DNA of 64,000 nucleotides. Source: Verrucomicrobiota bacterium (GTDB lineage Bacteria; Verrucomicrobiota; Kiritimatiellia; CAIQIC01; JAGNIJ01). The stretch lies in the NCBI GenBank assembly GCA_036821485.1, contig DAISJM010000001.1, positions 140,313-204,312 on the forward strand. The letters run 5' to 3'. Positions 9,461 to 18,406 of the stretch are shown here, one piece after another (the first letter of the stretch is position 1; every line of letters starts with the position of its first letter). The notes below the pieces were generated by a model. It saw only the letters and a program-made list of their open reading frames with translations, was not told the origin of the DNA and made no database searches. A program made the position numbers and the translations under genes.

Positions 9461-10957
9461 ATGAGAAAGACCGCCTTCGTGTTGATCGTCATCTCGTTGT
9501 GTTTCGCCGGTGTAGGGGCCGCGTGGGCTCAGGATGCGGGTGCGCTGGTCCAGCACGCCAACACATGTCTGCGTGACGCGCAGAACCACTTCTTTGGAGG
9601 GCGGATGTCTCAAGCTGAGGCAAGCCTCGCCGGGGCGGAGGCCTCTGTGACGGCGCTCAAGGGCGTGGATTCCGCCAACGTCCAAATCGCCTCGCTGGAA
9701 CAGAAGTGCGCGAAGATGCGGAAGGATATCGATGCTCGGAAGCCGAAGGCCGCGACTTCTCCGGCCGCCCCGGCCGCGACTACCGCCGCGCCGGCAGGCG
9801 ACAAGCTACCGTCCGGCGCGCAGTTCCGTCTCAAGGAAGCAGGTCGCAGTCTGGACAAGGTGGATCGTATCTTGAGCGGCGTCTCGTCGGCCGACTACAA
9901 GGTCGAGGCCGCGCGCGCCGCCGTGCAGGAGGCGAAGGACAAGTTGGCCGAGATCACGTCCATGTTTGGCGCACAGGCGAGCCCCGATGCGCCGGAGATG
10001 AAGGCGGTCAGCGATCGCATCGCGGCGGCCGAGAAGCAGATCAACGGCGTTCAGGCTGGCGCGGCGCAGGCAGCCGTTCAGCAGGACAAGGTCAAGGCTG
10101 TGGCGGAGGAGTGGCTGAACAAGATGAAGCCCTACGTGATGGGGCAGGGCAACAGCGAGCACAACCCGGACAAGTACCTTGTGCCGGGCAGCACGAGCGA
10201 TCTCAAGGAACTGGTGCGCCGCCAGGCGTTATGGCGTGAGGCCACAGCGTTGCTGGCGGAATATGAGAAGGCCGGGTTGAGCAACGTGTCCGATGAACTG
10301 GCGGAAGCCGAGCGGCAGCTTCGCTACGCGGTGAAGTCGTTCGATGAATCCTATAAGAGTCACATCGAGCGGGCCGTGCAGGATGCCGAACGGCGCGCGG
10401 GGGAGATCGATACATTCCTGAAGCGGCAGGAGGCGGCGGCCGGTCAGGCCATTCTGCTGGAGAAGGACCAGCTCGGCGAGTTGCAGAAGAAGATCGACGA
10501 GGCAGGCGGGTTGGCCGGGATCGCCGATGCGCGCGTGAGCGCGTTACGTTCCATGTTCTCCGGATTGCAGAAGCGGGATGCTGCGCTCCGGCAGGCCCGC
10601 GTGGAGCAGACGCGTATGACCGCGGACCGCTACACCAGCGAGGACCTCGCACAGTTGAAGCAGCGCGCAGAGGCCATCACGCGGGAGTCGCTTGCGAACG
10701 CGAACATTCTCCGCACGACCATCACCAGCGCCGGTTGGAAGGAAGAGAGCGTGATTGAGCCGACGGATACGACGCACACGGCCCTTCGTTTCCGCACGAC
10801 GCGGAGCGTGACGGCGCAGGTGGCGGCGAAGCAGGGCGACAAGGTTCAGCTCCACACGCTCGATCTCAGCAAGGATCTGCAGGCCGGCGGAGCATGGGGT
10901 CCGGTGTATGGGCACATCATGTTCTCCGATCCCATGCTGGAGAAGAACGTAAAGTAG
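9461..10957 (+). CDS. Secreted alpha-helical/coiled-coil hypothetical protein
   Basis: AAGGAG RBS; signal peptide MRKTAFVLIVISLCFAGVGAAWA; Ala/Glu/Lys-rich body and beta-rich C-terminus. Confidence 0.75.
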   Translation: MRKTAFVLIVISLCFAGVGAAWAQDAGALVQHANTCLRDAQNHFFGGRMSQAEASLAGAEASVTALKGVDSANVQIASLEQKCAKMRKDIDARKPKAATSPAAPAATTAAPAGDKLPSGAQFRLKEAGRSLDKVDRILSGVSSADYKVEAARAAVQEAKDKLAEITSMFGAQASPDAPEMKAVSDRIAAAEKQINGVQAGAAQAAVQQDKVKAVAEEWLNKMKPYVMGQGNSEHNPDKYLVPGSTSDLKELVRRQALWREATALLAEYEKAGLSNVSDELAEAERQLRYAVKSFDESYKSHIERAVQDAERRAGEIDTFLKRQEAAAGQAILLEKDQLGELQKKIDEAGGLAGIADARVSALRSMFSGLQKRDAALRQARVEQTRMTADRYTSEDLAQLKQRAEAITRESLANANILRTTITSAGWKEESVIEPTDTTHTALRFRTTRSVTAQVAAKQGDKVQLHTLDLSKDLQAGGAWGPVYGHIMFSDPMLEKNVK

Positions 10958-11054
10958 TTTTCCGCATGGTTCGGCCGAGAATCGCACGGCAAGGCCTTGA
11001 TTAACCCCCTGCCTCGGGCCTATCTTGTGCTTGTACGATGCGGGAGCAACAAAG

Positions 11055-11828
11055 ATGAAATTCAAACTCGCGGTGAAAGAGAACAAGAAGCTGGAGCAGG
11101 TGATCGCCCGCGTGGAGGGTGATGCCGAGTTGAACCAGCTCTGGAAGTGCGCGAACATGAACGCCGTCGATCGCGCGCACATCAGCGATCACGGCGAGAT
11201 TCATATCCGCATTGTCGCGCACGCCGCATTGCGCATCCTGCGCCTGCTGGTGGAAAAGGGGATTCAGCCGAGCATCGTCAAGGATCACAAGATGACGGTC
11301 GAGGACGCGGAGGTGGTGGTGTTTCTCGGCGCGTGCCTGCACGACCTCGGCATCAGCATTCATCGCGACGATCACGAACAGTACAGTCTGTTCCTGGCCT
11401 ATCCGAAGGCGCGTCAGCTTCTGGCGGGGATTTACGACGAACCCGGATTGACAACGGTGGTGGCAGAAACGTTGCACGCGGTGATCGCGCACAATTCCGA
11501 CCAGCGCTGTCTCACGATCGAGGCGGGCGTGTTGAAGGTGGCCGATGCAGTGGACATGAGCGAGGGCCGTTCGCGCATTCCGTTCGAGGCGGGCCAAGTG
11601 AACATCCACTCCGTGTCCGCGCAGGCGATCAAGGAAGTGAAGATCGAAGTGGGGAAGGAGCGGCCGATCCGGCTGTCGATCACCCTCAACAACTCGGCCG
11701 GCATTTTCCAAGTCGATGAGCTCCTCAAGCGCAAGCTGCACAACTCCACGCTGGAACCCTACGTGGAACTGGTCGCCCAGATCCACAACGAGCCTGAGCG
11801 CAGCATCGTTGAGGAGTATCGGCTGTAG
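11055..11828 (+). CDS. HD-superfamily metal-dependent phosphohydrolase (COG3294-like)
   Basis: DHGEIHIRIV, LHDLGISIHRDDHE and DAVDMSEGRSR motifs. Confidence 0.8.
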   Translation: MKFKLAVKENKKLEQVIARVEGDAELNQLWKCANMNAVDRAHISDHGEIHIRIVAHAALRILRLLVEKGIQPSIVKDHKMTVEDAEVVVFLGACLHDLGISIHRDDHEQYSLFLAYPKARQLLAGIYDEPGLTTVVAETLHAVIAHNSDQRCLTIEAGVLKVADAVDMSEGRSRIPFEAGQVNIHSVSAQAIKEVKIEVGKERPIRLSITLNNSAGIFQVDELLKRKLHNSTLEPYVELVAQIHNEPERSIVEEYRL

Positions 11829-11878
11829 GAGAGGCTTTACGCCTCGATTCAGGGTCGAGGGATAAACCCTCTCCTACA
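11824..11878. repeat. Inward-facing GTAG-type REP doublet
   Basis: TGTAGGAGAGG...CCTCTCCTACA terminal inverted repeat overlapping the HD gene stop codon. Confidence 0.7.
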
Positions 11879-12012
11879 AAGCCCGACGATGTGCCTCGAC
11901 GGGCTGCCTGCCGCTCACAACGCGAGCGGCCACACATCCAGTTGCCAACCAGTATGATTAGTGCTAGACATCCCCTTGGACTGGTTACGGTCCCACGAAG
12001 TTGGAGATGGTC

Positions 12013-12882
12013 ATGAAGTCGTTGCATGTTGGTGTTTTGTTGGTTCTTGCCTTGTCGTTGTCCGCTGCTGTTGCCGAGGATTTGCCCGGCCGGGTGAAGG
12101 GCGCGACGCGGCCGAAGACGTCGCCGGGCTACAGTTCCTATACGTTGGTCTCGGCTGCGTGGGACGCTTTCAACGGGAAGGAAAATCGCCGCGCGATTGC
12201 GTTGGCGAACCAGTGCGTGAAGGACTACGCGGCAGCGGCCGTGGACCAGCAGAAATCGTTGCGTGAACTCCCGCCCGCGAACATGATCAACGATTACTGG
12301 GCGCTGAACGATGTGGCCACGGCGCTCTTCATCCGCGGGCGCGCGCTGGAGAAGTTGAACGACTCCGGCGCCGCGCGGATCACCTACGCTGAAATTCTGA
12401 AGCGCTATCCTTACGCACAGTGCTGGGATCCGAAGGATGTGTACTGGTCCGTGGCGGCGGCGGCGCGCGATCGGATTCAGTGCATCGATCAGCACATTGA
12501 TTTCGGCGACTACAAATCCAGCACGCTCACATCGAAAGGCTGGGACTCCCTGAAGCAGAACCGGTCGATGGCGGCGCTGGCCTATGCCGACAAATGCATC
12601 GAGCTGTACGGCGAGAAGGCGAAAGAGATGCAGATGTCGCTTCGCGATTTTCCATCGTCGGGCCTGGAGTGGGAATACTGGGCGCTGAACGACGTCGGTA
12701 CGTGCCTGTTCATCAAAGGCCAGGCGCTGGCGAAGATGGGCAAGGAAGCGGAAGCCAACCGCGCGTTCCAGGACATCCTCGGTTCGTACGGCTACGCGCA
12801 ATGCTGGGACAACAACGGCCAATGGTTCTGGAAGTTGGGCGACGCCGCGCGCAAGCTGCTCTACAAGAACAAGGAAATCTGA
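12013..12882 (+). CDS. Secreted TPR-like protein with two tandem copies of a ~125-aa domain
   Basis: Signal peptide; duplicated YWALNDVxTxLFIxGxAL and YxYAQCWD...W motifs. Confidence 0.75.
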   Translation: MKSLHVGVLLVLALSLSAAVAEDLPGRVKGATRPKTSPGYSSYTLVSAAWDAFNGKENRRAIALANQCVKDYAAAAVDQQKSLRELPPANMINDYWALNDVATALFIRGRALEKLNDSGAARITYAEILKRYPYAQCWDPKDVYWSVAAAARDRIQCIDQHIDFGDYKSSTLTSKGWDSLKQNRSMAALAYADKCIELYGEKAKEMQMSLRDFPSSGLEWEYWALNDVGTCLFIKGQALAKMGKEAEANRAFQDILGSYGYAQCWDNNGQWFWKLGDAARKLLYKNKEI

Positions 12883-13110
12883 CCGGCGGCACCCTCGGAG
12901 CAGTGTAACCACCAATAGACACTAATGGACACTGATACGGGACGGTGAGGATGCGAGTTCGGGTTGGTGTCCCTCGCTGGTGGAGTATCCCCTTCGTTAG
13001 ATTCTGCTCAATACCCCCTCAACCTTTTGCTTGTCGCCGCATCGTTTGCTTGTCAGCATACCTGCGGGAGGAAGATGTCCGGCGCGAGGCCGGGACAGGC
13101 ATTTTTCATC

Positions 13111-16100
13111 ATGGGCAAGAAGGACCACGTCAGTCCCCCGGATGCCGACGGCCGTATTCCGGCCGGCAAGACCATCTCTGAATTTCTATCACAGGAAGGC
13201 CATGCCCGCGGCGTGGATCTCCGCGGTGGTGAGCCCTACGCCGAGTCTTCCATTCTCCGCGTGCAGGGCGGGGGGCGGTACGAAGTTGGCCCCGTCATCG
13301 CCCGCGGTGGCATGGGGGTCATTCACCAGGCGCGCGATCTGAATTCGCGGCGCGTGGTCGCGTTGAAGCTGCTGCCTCGCGATGCGCCGTGTCCAAGGGA
13401 GGACCTCCTCCGCTTCATCCGCGAGGGCCAGCTTACGTCCCAGCTCGAGCACCCGAATATCGTCCCCGTGCACGACATCGGTTTGGATGAATCGGGTCAG
13501 ATGTACTACACGATGAAGCTGGTCGAGGGCCAGACGCTGACGAGCATCTTGCAGGGCATCCGGAAGAACGATGCCGCGATGCTGGCGGAGTATCCGCTGG
13601 CCCGCCTGCTGAACATTTTCCAGAAGGTGTGCGATGCCGTCGCTTTTGCGCACTCGAAAGGCGTGGTGCACCGGGATCTGAAGCCCGACAACATCATGGT
13701 CGGCAGTTTCGGCGAGGTGCAGGTGATGGACTGGGGGCTGGCGCGCATCCTGCGCGCGATGGAAGAGGCGTCGGAGGATGCCGGGGAACGGCGGGCGTCG
13801 TGGGCCGACCGGGAACGGCTGCAGCAGGAAGAGGGTGGGCCGATTCCCACGGACGATTTTGGAGATACGCTCAAGACGATCAGCGGAAGAATCATGGGCA
13901 CGCCGGGCTTTCTCGCGCCCGAGCAGATTCTCCAGGATGCCGCGCAGCCGCCGGGCATGAAGGCGGATGTCTACTCCCTCGGCGCGGTACTCTACGCCAT
14001 CCTGACCCTGCGGCCGACGGTGAAAGGCGCCGACATTTCAGAAATGTTGCGGCATATCGTGGCGGGCGATTTCCCTGCGCCGGCCACGTTCAATGCGGCC
14101 GATGGCGAGGATGCCGGGCGGGCGCGCGAGACGAAGGCCGGATCGGTGCGACAGGGCGGATTCCCGCATTGCCCCGACGGTTGGATACCTACCGCGCTTT
14201 CGGATATTGCCATGAAGGCGCTGGCGACCCGGCCGGAGGATCGTTACAGCTCGGTGCAGGAGCTGCAGCGCGAGATCGAGGATTACCAGAATGGCTACGT
14301 ATGGCACCTGGTGATCGATGAGGATTTCTCGGACCCCGGCGCGTTGTCGCGTTGGGTGGTGTCGGGTGGCCGCGCCGAGATTCAGGACGGCGAATTGCGT
14401 TTGCGCGAGGGCGAGCCACAGGTGTTGATGCTCCGGCGTGAGGTGCCGGGTGATGTCCGCATCGAGTTTGAATGCCGCCAGGTGGGAAGCTACCTGAATT
14501 GCATGGGTTGCTTCATGAACGCGATCCGCGCGGATAACTACCGCGAGATTCCGTGGAGCGGCTACGAGTTTGAGTATGGCGGCTACGAGAACTCGCGCAA
14601 CGCGATCCATCGCTCCAACTCGCAGATGTGGATTGATCCCGCCGCGCCGCTGGCCTCCGACATCAAGTACGAGGTCCTCGCGGAACGCGTCGGGTCGCAC
14701 CTGCGGATGGTGGTCAATGGCCGGGAAGTCGTGGCGCTGACCGATCAGGACCCGTTGTCGGGCAGCGATCGCGTGGCGGTGGGATTCGTGGGGTGGAACA
14801 CGGACACGCGGTTCACGCGGATTCGGATTTCCACGCTGGGCACGCCGTGGAAGGGCGACGTGCTGGATGTTGCCGAGCGGCAGATTCAGAAGGGCCGTTA
14901 CGATGCGGCCATCGGGTTGTTCGAAGATACGCTGGAGTCCTTCCCGGATGCCGAACGGCGGCGGCGCGCGGAGGCGGGTCTGCGCACGGCCCGGCAGCGG
15001 CGCAATTTGGGCCGCCAGTTGCCGGCGTGGAATGCCGCGCTGCAGAAGGCGTGGCCCGGCATGGGGATCGAGTTGCAGGTGGTCAACGATGGGCTGTCGC
15101 TCAATCTCAACGAACTGCCGGTGAGGAACCTGGAACCACTGCGGGGCATGCCGCTCAACATTCTCTATTGCGCGCACGGCGAGATTGCCAGCCTGGAACC
15201 GTTGCGGGGCATGCCGCTGACCGCGTTGAACTGCACGGGAAATCCGATCCGGACATTGGAGCCGCTGCGTGGGATGCCGTTGACGACCCTGCTGGCCGAG
15301 GATTGTCCCGTCGCAGATTTGGAACCGCTGCGCGGCATGAAACTCAAAATGCTGCAGATCGGCTTGAGCGAGGTGGTTGACCTTGAGCCCTTGCGGGGCA
15401 TGCCGCTGACTTTCCTGCACTGCTGGTCATCGCGCGTGGAAAGCTTGGAGCCGCTGCGCGGCATGCGGCTCGACACGCTGAACTGCGCCGGTAACCGGAT
15501 CACGGGCTTGGAGCCGCTCGCGGGCATGCCGCTCAACAACCTGCACTGCGGCGGCAACCGGATCAAGTATCTCGAGCCGCTCGCGGGCATGCCGCTGACC
15601 GTGTTGCATTGCGGGGACAACCAGATCGAGGATATCTCGGTGCTGGCCGGACTGCCGCTGACGATTCTCGGTTGCCACAGCAACCGGATCACGACGTTGC
15701 GCCCGCTGCTCGGCGTACCGCTGGCGTCCGTCACCTGCGGGGATAATCCGATCCGCGACCTGGGGCCGTTTGTGGCGCGCCCGCCGGAAATCATCCACTT
15801 CGAGAGTGAAAGTCTTCCCGATGCCGAACTGGAAAAACTGCGCTCCCAGTGGTCGAAGAATCCCGAGTTCGCCCGGCACGCAAGCGAAGTAGAGACGCTG
15901 CTGCTCCTTCGTCGCGGCGATGTGAAGGGGTTGAAGGCGCGGGCGGCGGAATTCCGGGGACACCGCTATCTCTTCATTCCAAAATTCATGCGATGGGACG
16001 ATGCTCGCGTTTACTGCGAGAAGCTGGGCGGCCATTTGCTGACGATTACGTCGCGCGAAGAGGATGAGTTCATCGCATCGCTTTTTGAAGGCGGCTGTTT

Positions 16101-16287
16101 CTTCTGGATGGGTTTGTTTGTGAGCGAGCGCGGTCCTGAATGGGTGACGGGCGAGCCGTTTACCTACAAGAACTTCGTCGGCGAAATGCACGAAATGTGC
16201 CGCGGTCCGAAAGCCTTTGCGCGCTTCTGGCGCGCCGACCATGTGGCCGATGCGCACAACGGTTTCATGATCGAGTGGGATGCGTAG
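13111..16287 (+). CDS. Hanks-type Ser/Thr kinase fused to a beta-jelly-roll-like domain, about 10 x 21-aa LRRs and a C-type-lectin-like domain
   Basis: ARGGMG, VALK, HRDLKPDN, DWGLAR, GTPGFLAPEQ, DVYSLG; LEPLRGMPL repeats at about 15127-15770; WDDARVYCEKLGGHLLTITS. Confidence 0.85.
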   Translation: MGKKDHVSPPDADGRIPAGKTISEFLSQEGHARGVDLRGGEPYAESSILRVQGGGRYEVGPVIARGGMGVIHQARDLNSRRVVALKLLPRDAPCPREDLLRFIREGQLTSQLEHPNIVPVHDIGLDESGQMYYTMKLVEGQTLTSILQGIRKNDAAMLAEYPLARLLNIFQKVCDAVAFAHSKGVVHRDLKPDNIMVGSFGEVQVMDWGLARILRAMEEASEDAGERRASWADRERLQQEEGGPIPTDDFGDTLKTISGRIMGTPGFLAPEQILQDAAQPPGMKADVYSLGAVLYAILTLRPTVKGADISEMLRHIVAGDFPAPATFNAADGEDAGRARETKAGSVRQGGFPHCPDGWIPTALSDIAMKALATRPEDRYSSVQELQREIEDYQNGYVWHLVIDEDFSDPGALSRWVVSGGRAEIQDGELRLREGEPQVLMLRREVPGDVRIEFECRQVGSYLNCMGCFMNAIRADNYREIPWSGYEFEYGGYENSRNAIHRSNSQMWIDPAAPLASDIKYEVLAERVGSHLRMVVNGREVVALTDQDPLSGSDRVAVGFVGWNTDTRFTRIRISTLGTPWKGDVLDVAERQIQKGRYDAAIGLFEDTLESFPDAERRRRAEAGLRTARQRRNLGRQLPAWNAALQKAWPGMGIELQVVNDGLSLNLNELPVRNLEPLRGMPLNILYCAHGEIASLEPLRGMPLTALNCTGNPIRTLEPLRGMPLTTLLAEDCPVADLEPLRGMKLKMLQIGLSEVVDLEPLRGMPLTFLHCWSSRVESLEPLRGMRLDTLNCAGNRITGLEPLAGMPLNNLHCGGNRIKYLEPLAGMPLTVLHCGDNQIEDISVLAGLPLTILGCHSNRITTLRPLLGVPLASVTCGDNPIRDLGPFVARPPEIIHFESESLPDAELEKLRSQWSKNPEFARHASEVETLLLLRRGDVKGLKARAAEFRGHRYLFIPKFMRWDDARVYCEKLGGHLLTITSREEDEFIASLFEGGCFFWMGLFVSERGPEWVTGEPFTYKNFVGEMHEMCRGPKAFARFWRADHVADAHNGFMIEWDA

Positions 16288-16314
16288 CGAGTCAGGCGTT
16301 CGCGTCCTTCAGAC

Positions 16315-18324
16315 TTACTCGGTCGCCGTCTGAACTGGGTGTAGCCGGATTGCCGCGCCGCCGCTGGTGGCAAGGTGCAGTTTCAGCGTGTCCGAGGCGC
16401 GCACCGTCTTCGATTGGATGTCGAGTGCGGTCGGATTCTTTTCCCAGTCGGCGTCCTGCCCGTCGACATACAGCGTTGCTTCGTAATCCTGATCCGGGCG
16501 GAGGAAGGAGAGGGGCACTTCCATGTCGCGCGCGGTTTCGTCGGTGATCGCGCCGATGAACCAATCCTGCCCGCTGCGGCGGGCGAGGGTGATGAAGTCG
16601 CCGACGGAGCAGTTCAGCGCCCTCGTCTCATCCCACGTCACGGGAACATCGCGGATGAATTGGAAGGCGGGCTGGCCCTCGTAGTTCTCCGGCAGATCGG
16701 CAACCATCTGAAGCGGGCTGAAGATCGTCACGTACAGCGCGAGTTGTTTCGCCAGCGTGGTGTGCACGCGGCGGCCTTCGCGGTACTTCGGGAACGTCAC
16801 GGCAAAGACGCCGGGCGTGTAGTCGATCGCCCCGGCCAATCCACGCGTGAAAGGAATGATGGTGGTGTGCTCGGGGGGATTCCCGTCGCTCCACGCCTCG
16901 TACTCGGTGCCGCGGACGCCTTCGCCCGACATCAGGTTGGGCCATGTCCGGCAGAGCCCGGTCGGCTTGATGGGCTCATGCACGTCGAGTGCGATGCGGT
17001 GCGCTGCGGCCCGCTCGGTCACGCGCTGGTAGTGGTTGATCATCCACTGCCCGTGATGGTGCTGGCCTTTGGGAATGATCTCGCCCGCGTAGCCGGTCTT
17101 CACGGCGTGGATGCCGAGGCTCTCGTAGAGCGCGAAGGCGGCCTCCATCTGCTGCTCGTAGGCGGGAATGTTGCCGCCGGTTTCGTGGTGGCCGATCAGC
17201 GCCACGTTCTTTTCCCGGGCATACTGTGCCAGCGCGGGCAGATCGAAATCAGGATACGGCTCGGTGAAGCTGAATTGCGCGCCGTTGAACCAGGATTCCC
17301 AGCCCTTGTTCCAGCCTTCCACCAGCAGCCCGCGGATTCCGTTCGATGCGGCGAAATCGATGTAGTATTTCGTGTTCTCCGTGGTGGCGCCATGCTTGGG
17401 ACCGGCCGCCCACGTTTCCTTGCCGATGTGCAGGCTCCACCAGATGCCCATGTATTTCATCGGCTCGATCCAGGAGGTGTCCGCGATCTTGCACGGCTCA
17501 TTCAGATTTTCGATGAGATGCGATTCGAGCAGCCCGCCCGCGCGGTCGACGAGCTGAATCGTCCGCCACGGGGTTTGCATGGGGGTCGACGACTTCACCT
17601 TCACGCCGTCGGGCCACGGGACGAGATCGCACTTGAAGCTGTTGGCGTCTTCCGGCACGGGCACGAGGGTCATGCTCGCATAATCCACGAGTGCCGCTTC
17701 GTGGATGCTCAGGTGCAGGCCTTCGTGGGTGCGTATCGTGAGGGGGGTGTTGAGGGCCTGCACTCCGCTCAGCGGAGTGGTGCGGTAGGTGTTCTCGTCG
17801 CCATTGTAATCCACCGGGTGCCACCACGCGGTGTAGTTGCCGGCAAATCGGAACTGTGTTTCCTCGGAGAGAATCGCCACGTCGGTCAGATTGGATTGCG
17901 CGGGGAGAATGTAGCGGAACGCCACGCCGTCGTCGTAAGCGCGAAACACCAGGATCATGTCGCGGTTGGGGTCATCCTGTTCGTGGAGTCGGGCCGTCAA
18001 TTGGTTGTAGTGGTTCCGTACTTCGCTGGCCGTGCCCCAGACGGGTCGCCATGTTTCGTCGCCCGACTCGCGCAGGATGTCGACCGCCTCGAATCGATTG
18101 GTCATCGGCGGGGCGTCTTGCAGGATGAAGCCGAGGGCCGAGGGGCGGATCACCTCGGTGCCCGAGTGAGCGACGGCATAACGCGGTGCGCCATCTTCAA
18201 TGAGCAGGGTGATGGACAGGTTGCCGTCAGGCGAGGTCAGGATCTCGTTGGTCACGGCACCGAACGATTGGGAACTCAAGGCGAGCAGCAGCAGAACCAG
18301 CCATTGTGCATTTCGAGTTCGCAT
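16315..18324 (-). CDS. Secreted GH97 glycoside hydrolase (SusB-like alpha-glucosidase/galactosidase)
   Basis: SPDGNL N-terminus, LIGHHETGGN, DVHEPIKPTGLCRTWPN, GVRGTEY, DYTPG and QMVADLPENY motifs. Confidence 0.92.
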   Translation of the reverse strand: MRTRNAQWLVLLLLALSSQSFGAVTNEILTSPDGNLSITLLIEDGAPRYAVAHSGTEVIRPSALGFILQDAPPMTNRFEAVDILRESGDETWRPVWGTASEVRNHYNQLTARLHEQDDPNRDMILVFRAYDDGVAFRYILPAQSNLTDVAILSEETQFRFAGNYTAWWHPVDYNGDENTYRTTPLSGVQALNTPLTIRTHEGLHLSIHEAALVDYASMTLVPVPEDANSFKCDLVPWPDGVKVKSSTPMQTPWRTIQLVDRAGGLLESHLIENLNEPCKIADTSWIEPMKYMGIWWSLHIGKETWAAGPKHGATTENTKYYIDFAASNGIRGLLVEGWNKGWESWFNGAQFSFTEPYPDFDLPALAQYAREKNVALIGHHETGGNIPAYEQQMEAAFALYESLGIHAVKTGYAGEIIPKGQHHHGQWMINHYQRVTERAAAHRIALDVHEPIKPTGLCRTWPNLMSGEGVRGTEYEAWSDGNPPEHTTIIPFTRGLAGAIDYTPGVFAVTFPKYREGRRVHTTLAKQLALYVTIFSPLQMVADLPENYEGQPAFQFIRDVPVTWDETRALNCSVGDFITLARRSGQDWFIGAITDETARDMEVPLSFLRPDQDYEATLYVDGQDADWEKNPTALDIQSKTVRASDTLKLHLATSGGAAIRLHPVQTATE

Positions 18325-18406
18325 GCGACCTCCGCGGGTTGGGGGACATGATGCCGGAGGAGGCAGCAGGAACAAAGAGTTTTGTTTGTTCAGTGCGGTG
18401 GCTGCG

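Noticed and set aside
15127-15770. 63-bp DNA tandem repeat as a VNTR or array
   Set aside because: Fully explained by 21-aa LRR coding repeats with synonymous divergence.
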